NCBI GenBank assembly: GCA_001803205.1 | Contig: MHBE01000031.1 | Span: 15,238 to 79,237, forward strand | DNA length: 64,000 nucleotides | Source of the DNA: Lentisphaerae bacterium GWF2_38_69 | GTDB lineage: Bacteria > Verrucomicrobiota > Lentisphaeria > Victivallales > GWF2-38-69 | Direction: 5' to 3' | Shown here: positions 57,332-64,000 of the stretch, piece after piece | How the letters are laid out: each line of letters starts with the position of its first letter | Numbering within the stretch: position 1 is the first letter of the stretch | Notes under the pieces: generated by a model | Told to the model about the DNA's origin: nothing | The model's database searches: none | What the model saw: the letters and a program-made list of their open reading frames with translations, nothing else | Made by a program: the position numbers and the translations under genes

Positions 57332-57688
57332 TTTAAATTCTCCGCAAGTTATTGTTTGCGATTATATTTCAGAAAAGAAATAATTCAACTTCATATATTT
57401 ATGAAAAATACTCATGCCTTGTAATGCTTTTAGCTAAACTATATCGTGGTCTGGATTTAAACATAGCATAAGCAATTGTTTTGAAATATACAGATCAGTC
57501 CAGATGAGCGATGTGCCTTTATCATATATCGCGGCTTATCAGATAATTTCTTAATCAATTCGATATTCATTGCTGTTTTATTATTATTTATATTATGTTT
57601 ATATTCAGACATTATGAATATTCTATCTTGAAATAAGATTATGTCAAGAATAACATTTTGTAGGATAAGAACTTATAATCTAAATCTA

Positions 57689-58441
57689 AAGATGAAAAAC
57701 ATAAAAAAAACGAAAAAGATCAGAGCTGATGAACTGCTTGCCTATCAGCAGGATATTCCAATAGAAGAGGCCAGAAAGTTTATTCTTGCCGGTCTTGTAA
57801 GAATTAATTCTAACCAGATGGTCAAAAACTCATCTGAGATAATAGAGCAGGGGATTAACCTGACACTGGATGAATCGTTAAAATATGTCAGCCGCGGCGC
57901 ATTGAAAATCAAACCTTCCATTATGAAGTACCTTCCCGATATGGCAGGACTTATTGCCGCTGATATCGGAGCATCGACCGGAGGTTTTACAGACCTGATG
58001 CTTCAGTCCGGCGCATCCAAAGTGTATGCTGTTGATGTGGGCTACGGACAATTGCATTATAAACTCAGACAGGATGAGCGTGTTATCAACATAGAGCGGG
58101 TTAACGCCAGAGCTATAGACAATAAAATGGTACCGGAAATGGTTGATGTGATAACTATGGATCTGTCTTTCATCTCTGTTTTGAAAGTCCTTCCCAGTGT
58201 TAACAATATTTTAAAAGAGAACGGATGGGCTTTTATTCTAATTAAACCGCAATTCGAAGCCAGGTCATTCGAAGTAGGGAAGGGCGGGGTTGTACGGGAT
58301 AGAGAAGTAATAGAACGATGTCTCTCTTCAATATCTTCTTATATCCAAAAGAATTTGACATGGAATGTCCTTGATACAATCCCTTCCCCTATCCTCGGAC
58401 CGAAAGGCAATCAGGAATATATTTTAACTTGCAGAAAATAG
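57689..58441 (+). CDS. tlyA: TlyA-family rRNA 2'-O-methyltransferase (S4 domain + FtsJ-like methyltransferase)
   Basis: Start taken at MKNIKKTKKIRADELL (S4 domain). YVSRGALKI, AADIGASTGGFTD and DLSFIS motifs. Confidence 0.85.
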   Translation, partial: KMKNIKKTKKIRADELLAYQQDIPIEEARKFILAGLVRINSNQMVKNSSEIIEQGINLTLDESLKYVSRGALKIKPSIMKYLPDMAGLIAADIGASTGGFTDLMLQSGASKVYAVDVGYGQLHYKLRQDERVINIERVNARAIDNKMVPEMVDVITMDLSFISVLKVLPSVNNILKENGWAFILIKPQFEARSFEVGKGGVVRDREVIERCLSSISSYIQKNLTWNVLDTIPSPILGPKGNQEYILTCRK

Positions 58442-58442
58442 A

Positions 58443-58464
58443 AGCGGCGGAAAAATCCGCCGCT
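58443..58464. terminator. GC hairpin between the convergent tlyA and amt genes
   Basis: agcggcgg-aaaaat-ccgccgct (8-bp stem). A T-rich tract follows only on the minus strand (ttctatttt). Confidence 0.5.
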
Positions 58465-58501
58465 AACTTAAAAACCTATAACTTAACAATCAGAACCGTC
58501 T

Positions 58502-59725
58502 TTAGTTTTCCCTATATGCTACTTCTCCTAATATAGCCTGATCCAGTCCTTCAGCTTCTATCGTATCAGGCACACGCACCTGTACCATTTTGTTTACTAT
58601 CCAAAGAATAGCTAAAGTGACAACAAAAGCGTAAAGAGCTGTTATTACGACTGCAAAAATCTGAATCCATAGTTGATGAGGATTCCCGTCAAGAAGCCCG
58701 CTCACGCCGTTAATTTCCTTGTACGCAAAGACACCAACCAGAATTGATCCAAGTATTCCGCCGACGCCATGCACGCCCCATACATCAAGCGCGTCATCCC
58801 ATCCGATCCTTATTCTGATTCTAACAGCATAGAAACAGCCAATTCCGGCAAGCAGACCAATAATAAATGCCGCCCATGACGGAACATATCCGGCGCATGG
58901 TGTAATTGCGGCCAAACCTGCTACTGCTCCGGTCATGGCTCCAATCAAACTCGGTCGTCCTTCTCTTATCCATGAAATAAAAAGCCAGGTCAGCATAGCT
59001 ATTGAACCTGCAATATCTGTATTAACAAAGGCATGCGCAGCTACACCATTAGCAGCAAGTGCGCTTCCAGCATTAAACCCAAACCAGCCGAACCATAACA
59101 AACCTGTACCCAAAGCTACATACATTACATTATGTGGTTCTAAACTTTCACCAGGTTTCACATTTCTTCTGCCGACATAAATAACTGAAGCCAAAGCTGC
59201 CATTCCTGCGCTGACATGCACTACAATCCCGCCTGCGAAGTCTACAACTCCCATCTTCTGAAGGAAACCTCCTCCCCATAAAGAATGTGTAAATGGAATA
59301 TAAACAAGCAGACTCCAGAAAACTAAAAATATCAGATAACCTTTAAAAGTTACTCTGTCAGCGAAAGCACCGGTTATGAGGGCAGGAGTGATAACAGCAA
59401 ACATTTCCTGATATGAAAAGAAAGCAAGGAAAGGAATAGTGCTGCCATGATCAGGATGAGGCAAGAATCCTACATTATTTAACATGAAATACTGCGTAAT
59501 ATCTCCAATAGCTCCGTCTCCATTCCCAAATGCTATACTAAAGCCAAAAATAACCCATATAGTCGTTACGACCCCCATTGCTATGAAATTCTGCATCATT
59601 ATAGTCAATACATTTTTTCTTCGAACAAGTCCCCCATAGAAAAAGGCAAGTCCCGGAGTCATAAGACATACAAGAGCAGCACTGATAAGAATAAAAGCTG
59701 TATCACCTGCGTTAATTTGTCCCAT
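58502..59725 (-). CDS. amt: Ammonium transporter
   Basis: 407 aa, 11 TM helices, with DFAGGIVVH, FGWFGFNAGSA and WGVHGVGGILG signatures. Confidence 0.92.
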   Translation of the reverse strand: MGQINAGDTAFILISAALVCLMTPGLAFFYGGLVRRKNVLTIMMQNFIAMGVVTTIWVIFGFSIAFGNGDGAIGDITQYFMLNNVGFLPHPDHGSTIPFLAFFSYQEMFAVITPALITGAFADRVTFKGYLIFLVFWSLLVYIPFTHSLWGGGFLQKMGVVDFAGGIVVHVSAGMAALASVIYVGRRNVKPGESLEPHNVMYVALGTGLLWFGWFGFNAGSALAANGVAAHAFVNTDIAGSIAMLTWLFISWIREGRPSLIGAMTGAVAGLAAITPCAGYVPSWAAFIIGLLAGIGCFYAVRIRIRIGWDDALDVWGVHGVGGILGSILVGVFAYKEINGVSGLLDGNPHQLWIQIFAVVITALYAFVVTLAILWIVNKMVQVRVPDTIEAEGLDQAILGEVAYREN

Positions 59726-59740
59726 ATGAAGAATCCTTAT

Positions 59741-59775
59741 AAAAAAATGGTGTTAGATATCATTACCTAACACCA
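59741..59775 (-). terminator. Rho-independent terminator of the alcohol dehydrogenase gene
   Basis: 9-bp stem tggtgttag / ctaacacca, followed on the minus strand by TTTTTTT (plus strand A7 at 59741-59747). Confidence 0.7.
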
Positions 59776-59804
59776 AGATTAATAATTATATACTTAATAA
59801 ATTA

Positions 59805-60968
59805 TTATAGAGCGCCTTTATAAATATTGATTATATCCTGAAGAGTAGCTGTTCTTGGATTGGTAAATGAGCAGGCATCTTTCTGTGCGTTTTCGGACAT
59901 TGTCTTTAAATCCTGTTCTTTAACGCCAAGCTGTGTAAGATTCGCAGGAATCCCCACATCTCTTGAAAGTTGTTGAATTGCTTCAATTGCCATATCGGCT
60001 GCTCTTCTGGTAGATACGCCTTCTATATTTAATCCCATTGCTCTTGCAATATCGGCAAATCTATCAACCTTTGCAATTAAGTTAAATTTGCAGATATGCG
60101 GCAACAGTATGGCATTGCAAACACCGTGAGGAAGGTTGTAGAGCCCTCCTAATTGATGTGCCATTGCATGGACATAGCCAAGGCTTGCATTATTAAAAGC
60201 CATTCCTGCCAGATATTCTGCATATGCCATTTTATCGCGGGCAACCATATCTTTACCGAAAGCAACTGCGGCTCTTAGATTCTGCGAAATTAATTCGATA
60301 GCCTTGAAAGCGCAGGAGTCTGTTATAGGTGTAGCAATAATAGAAACATATGCCTCAACAGCATGGGTTAGGGCATCCATTCCTGTGGCTGCTGTAAGGG
60401 AAGGGGGCATTCCTACCATGAGTTCCGGGTCATTTACAGCCACATCAGGAGTAGTTCTCCAGTCAACTATGGCCATTTTAACATGTCTCTTAGTATCTGT
60501 TATAATACAGAAACGGGTCATTTCGCTGGCTGTGCCGGCTGTAGTATTAACTGCAATAAAAGGAGGCATTCTGTTCTTGGACTTATCTACGCCTTCATAA
60601 TCATTTATAATACCGCCGTTTGTCACGACTATTCCAATTCCTTTCCCACAGTCATGCGGACTGCCGCCGCCCAATGTCATTATAGAGTCGCAATCGTGGC
60701 CTTTGTAAACATCTACTCCCTTCATAACATTGTTATCAGTCGGGTTTGGAACTGTTTCATCATAGACGATAGGAGTAATCCCAACCTTTTTCATCAGATC
60801 GATAAATTGCTGAGTAACTCCTAATTGAGTCATCATTTTATCTGTTACTATAAGCGGTTTCTTGCAGCCTCTTTCGATAAATAAAGATGGAACTTCAGTG
60901 TGGGAGCCTACTCCCATTATTGATACACACGGGATAAAGAACTTTAATGTTTCTCTGCCTACTGACAT
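59805..60968 (-). CDS. Iron-containing alcohol dehydrogenase (DhaT/AdhB/FucO-like)
   Basis: 387 aa with GGGSPHDCGKGI, NTTAGTASE, ATGMDALTHAVEAY and YVHAMAHQLGGLYNLPHG motifs. Closest in pattern to 1,3-propanediol dehydrogenase-type enzymes. Confidence 0.9.
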   Translation of the reverse strand: MSVGRETLKFFIPCVSIMGVGSHTEVPSLFIERGCKKPLIVTDKMMTQLGVTQQFIDLMKKVGITPIVYDETVPNPTDNNVMKGVDVYKGHDCDSIMTLGGGSPHDCGKGIGIVVTNGGIINDYEGVDKSKNRMPPFIAVNTTAGTASEMTRFCIITDTKRHVKMAIVDWRTTPDVAVNDPELMVGMPPSLTAATGMDALTHAVEAYVSIIATPITDSCAFKAIELISQNLRAAVAFGKDMVARDKMAYAEYLAGMAFNNASLGYVHAMAHQLGGLYNLPHGVCNAILLPHICKFNLIAKVDRFADIARAMGLNIEGVSTRRAADMAIEAIQQLSRDVGIPANLTQLGVKEQDLKTMSENAQKDACSFTNPRTATLQDIINIYKGAL

Positions 60969-61399
60969 AAGATTTCTCCTCCTATTAAGAGTTTTTATTG
61001 CTAATGCTTTATATATGGGTAAATGCTTTGTAATGCAAAGCCATGAAAAATCAATCCGTATCGATCATAAACGCTCTGTTTATTCCAAATTATAATTTAT
61101 GAACATCTTCCTTACAAATTAACGACAGTTTTATAAACAAGTTATTAACATTATCAATTGATATATACATAAACATTTAATCACAAAATAATAACAAATA
61201 TCAATAAAAATAAATATGCCATAGTTGTATTATACATAATATATATTATGCGACGCTATGCATATAAGAAGCCAGGGGGGCAGAAAGCACTATAGAAAGA
61301 AAAAGAATGACTGTTCCCTAGTCGGATATGGGTTATAAATAAAAGCTGTTAAAACAAACAACTAACCGTTATAATACTTTTAACAAAAGGAGATTTACT

Positions 61400-61729
61400 A
61401 TGACACTAGGTTTCACTATAACTGAATGGTTCTCTGGATGGAGCTGTATAATACTTCTCTTTACAGGTGCAATAATATGGTGGTATACAAATGAAACCAA
61501 AAAGTTAAGATTTGAATCACAGAAGCAAGCAGAAGTATCTAACAAGCAATTCGAACTATCAAAGTTTCAGATGGTAAAAACTTTCAGAAATGGTTTTATT
61601 GATGTTGAGATATTCCCTGATGATTATGAAAAAATGCTATTGGCTTTCATTTTAGGCTCAGATGCTTTATGCTGCAATCCCGCATCTCCGGTGATCAAGT
61701 CGGGCGCTTTGGATGGCAGTCAGAATTAA
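61400..61729 (+). CDS. Hypothetical small membrane-anchored protein
   Basis: Strong SD (aaaggag) 8 nt upstream and one N-terminal TM helix. No family recognised. Confidence 0.5.
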   Translation: MTLGFTITEWFSGWSCIILLFTGAIIWWYTNETKKLRFESQKQAEVSNKQFELSKFQMVKTFRNGFIDVEIFPDDYEKMLLAFILGSDALCCNPASPVIKSGALDGSQN

Positions 61730-62119
61730 TTGTTTCTAAGCATTCAAAGATATATTCAGCTACTTTGAAGCTTTCATCATAATTAAATGAAACACATGGC
61801 ATGATAAAGATAATATTGTCATTAAAATCTCTTACAAACAAATTACTGCAAGAATCAATATTCTTATCTAAGAACTATACGCGCCAAGGATTATCTCTTT
61901 ATTATTAAAATACTTATTATGCTTTTCTCTGATTAATTCTTCCATCTTTACATCTCTTAAATAAAGGACTGGGCACATAGTATATAAATTTGATCCAATA
62001 TGCAATGATATAAAACAGCCCAAAGACCAAAAGAAATGACATTGGTGATAGACAAAGATAATTCAGACTTTATTTATAGAAATGGCACAAATAAACCTAA
62101 AATAAAGAGAAGGATTAGT

Positions 62120-62407
62120 ATGATGTCTGAAATCTTTGAAGTGAACTACAATGGCAAAATGTTTGAATTCGATGTCTATGTAATCGAGGACAAAAAAAAC
62201 GAAGAATACATATTCTATCCGAGTCTGAGGACATTAGAAGCTTGGCAGTATATTCAAAAAATAGAATATAAATTCATCAAACCATCCATTGCACATACAA
62301 AAATAAAAAAGGTGGGTACTGAAATGGATTATAGTCTAGTTAATAACACTTTTACTTTAATCAGACTTGATGTAGAAAATGATCCAAGCAAGTGGTTAAA
62401 TTTCTAG
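62120..62407 (+). CDS. Hypothetical small protein
   Basis: I prefer ATG 62120 (MMSEIFEV...), preceded by gaagga, over the track start at 62036. No family recognised. Confidence 0.4.
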   Translation: MMSEIFEVNYNGKMFEFDVYVIEDKKNEEYIFYPSLRTLEAWQYIQKIEYKFIKPSIAHTKIKKVGTEMDYSLVNNTFTLIRLDVENDPSKWLNF

Positions 62408-62683
62408 CTCCGCCCGTCATCGCTTCGCTTTTTATCTCCGCTAATATAGTGTCGCTCACCTGCTCCGAGTCCATACTCTTTGATTACATCATCCCCCTAT
62501 TCCCATCGCGCTAAACATAAATATGTTCAATTATACGACACTATACTTATGTCAAAAAGTAAAAGGATATTCTAAACGAAAACTAAACTATATTTATTGG
62601 AAGAAAAATAAATGGATATGGATATAATTCTAATACTTGATATTTGATTAAATTTAACAACATACACAAGGGAATGGATAATC

Positions 62684-63190
62684 ATGAAAAAATTATTAGT
62701 AGCTATTACCGTAATATCTATATCATTAATTGTTTATGCTGAGACTAGTAAAGAAAAACCTATCGTTATAGACTTTAATCTTGACTATTCGGTTACTGAC
62801 AATTCTGGAACTTACACATATTTTTTATTTATTAAACCTTCAGGTGAAAGCAATATAACATCTTTGAATAATGACACTGGAAAAAGACGAGCAGAGTTAA
62901 GTATTATTCAAAATATAAGTAAATCTTCTACTAATCAGAATTTTATATTATTCCCAATAGACATGAAAGGTAATCAAATTACAGATAAATTGCTTCTTAT
63001 ATTTACAAATATTACAGATTATAAATCTCAAATCTTTTGGTGTGATTTTACTAAAAAATCTTATGAAGAAATCGCTACGGTAGAGCATCCATCTACTCCT
63101 ATTGGCACATCGGTATCTAAAGGCAGATTATTCTTAATTTCTGGAACTGGACAAGGAACTTTTATTGACTACAGTTCCTATTTAAAGTGA
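62684..63190 (+). CDS. Hypothetical secreted protein
   Basis: Signal peptide MKKLLVAITVISISLIVYA. The beta-rich, Asn/Ser/Thr-rich 168-aa sequence matches no family I recognise. Confidence 0.5.
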   Translation: MKKLLVAITVISISLIVYAETSKEKPIVIDFNLDYSVTDNSGTYTYFLFIKPSGESNITSLNNDTGKRRAELSIIQNISKSSTNQNFILFPIDMKGNQITDKLLLIFTNITDYKSQIFWCDFTKKSYEEIATVEHPSTPIGTSVSKGRLFLISGTGQGTFIDYSSYLK

Positions 63191-63287
63191 AGTTCAACGG
63201 TATCAATATCAGGTTAGGTGGCGAATGACTCATCCATCCAGACCACTTCAGGAATAATAGATAAATAAAGAGCTACTCTCCAAAGGC

Positions 63288-63863
63288 CTAATTGAGTTTA
63301 TAGCTTTCAAGATAAAGCAAAAGAGTTCTGCCAATACAGATGATATCGCCCTGTTTGAGCTGACTCCTGGTTACACGCTGTTCATTTAATAAAACGCCGT
63401 TAGTGCTTTCAGTGTCAATAACCTCATAAGAACGATTGCTAACTTGCCTGAATTCACAATGTTTAGAACTGACTGAAGCGTCACTGATGGTAATATCTCT
63501 TAGGCTGCTTCTGCCGCATGAATGCAATTCTTTATCAAGCAGAAAAGCTTTTCCTTTGTTTTTGTCTGAAATAATTACAAGAATAGGATTTTTGCCGCTT
63601 ATTATAGCTGTATCGCTGATTTCTTCTGTCTTGACACTGCTGAACTCCATGAAATCCTTAGATGAGTCAAAAACAAGATATGGATAGCATATTTTTACAC
63701 AATCGGGACAGACGGAATGGCTTATCTGAAAAGGATTCAGGCTTTTTAAGTCAAAATCAGGAGCATGCCATTTGCCGTTAGAACTTTTGAGTTTTTTGCA
63801 GTTGCAGCAAACATTATAAATAGTTTTATCTGATGTGATTGCCTGTTCACTCTTTCCTTTCAC
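63288..63863 (-). CDS. FHA-domain protein with N-terminal CxxCKK...W...H.VCPDC zinc-ribbon-like module
   Basis: C-terminal FHA pattern (CGRSSLRDITISDASVSSKHCEF...STNGVLLNEQRV...GDIICIG). N-terminal VCCNCKKLKSSNGKWH...SHSVCPDC. Confidence 0.75.
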   Translation of the reverse strand: MKGKSEQAITSDKTIYNVCCNCKKLKSSNGKWHAPDFDLKSLNPFQISHSVCPDCVKICYPYLVFDSSKDFMEFSSVKTEEISDTAIISGKNPILVIISDKNKGKAFLLDKELHSCGRSSLRDITISDASVSSKHCEFRQVSNRSYEVIDTESTNGVLLNEQRVTRSQLKQGDIICIGRTLLLYLESYKLN

Positions 63864-64000
63864 TCAAACCTCAACATATTCGATTGCAGAGAACCTAAGA
63901 AACTTTACATTGAAAATATTTATACTTAAAATTATAGGCTTTTAAGAAGAAAAAAGCACTATCTGAGAGCTCTTTTTCGGAATCTGTCAGAACTTTTGCC

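Noticed and set aside
1-64000. tRNA, rRNA, tmRNA, RNase P, CRISPR arrays, transposases and integrases
   Set aside because: By eye I looked for T-loop GGTTCGAATCC-like boxes on both strands, the RNase P GAGGAAAGTCC core, regularly spaced repeats and DDE/tyrosine-recombinase-like ORFs. The only TTCGAA-type hits fall inside well-supported coding regions. A covariance-model scan would still be needed to exclude small RNAs.
1-64000. Alternative genetic code (TGA recoding), as an explanation for the missing AraC start and the split genes
   Set aside because: Long ORFs with recognisable full-length homologues close properly under the standard code, and TGA is used as a terminator (for example the corrinoid protein gene ends TGA TAA). 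The breaks are frameshifts at homopolymers, not in-frame stops.
63961-64000. Possible 3' end of a minus-strand gene at the right edge (…GKSSDRFRKRALR-stop)
   Set aside because: Only 13 codons are visible, too little to support a call.

Overview
AT-rich chromosomal segment, apparently from an anaerobic diderm bacterium; the phylum cannot be assigned from sequence alone. It is densely coding, about 60 genes on both strands, under the standard code.

Recognisable content:
- Energy and carbon metabolism: a four-subunit 2-oxoacid:ferredoxin oxidoreductase, Ni-CODH CooS, a methylmalonyl-CoA epimerase/carboxyltransferase/biotin-carrier cluster, HemL, GpmA and an Fe-alcohol dehydrogenase.
- Envelope and translation housekeeping: RecX, LepA-LepB, Lnt, TlyA and a pseudouridine synthase.
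- Transport: a TatT-type TRAP system, an AEC carrier and Amt.
- A corrinoid methyl-transfer module: CobW-like GTPase, AraC regulator, corrinoid protein and URO-D-like enzyme.
- Secreted glycan-active proteins: a GH64-like glucanase and a CBM2/Ig/SLT-like protein.
- Several alpha/beta hydrolases, a VapBC pair and an orphan HNH gene.

I saw no rRNA, tRNA, CRISPR array, transposase or integrase.

The stand-out locus is 39.9-49.7 kb. Two paralogous GspI/J/K-like (PilV/W/X-like) minor-pseudopilin triads lie as mirror images around a 287-bp divergent promoter region. The I and K subunits are greatly oversized. The I and J subunits have non-Gly residues at the predicted prepilin cleavage site. The K subunits have 32-41 aa leaders. 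A 70-nt heptamer-periodic element is conserved at both J-K junctions. No secretin, ATPase, platform, major pilin or prepilin peptidase gene lies in cis.

Secondary points:
- An alpha/beta-hydrolase fused to an HHxxxDG acyltransferase.
- An (H-x)7 tail on CooS.
- A signal-peptide-bearing 2H-phosphoesterase-like protein.
- An AT-rich islet of orphan genes at 61-63 kb.
- Two genes (a three-piece methyltransferase and the AraC regulator) whose frames would be restored by lengthening a coding-strand poly-A run by one base. This is either real decay or homopolymer undercalling in the assembly.
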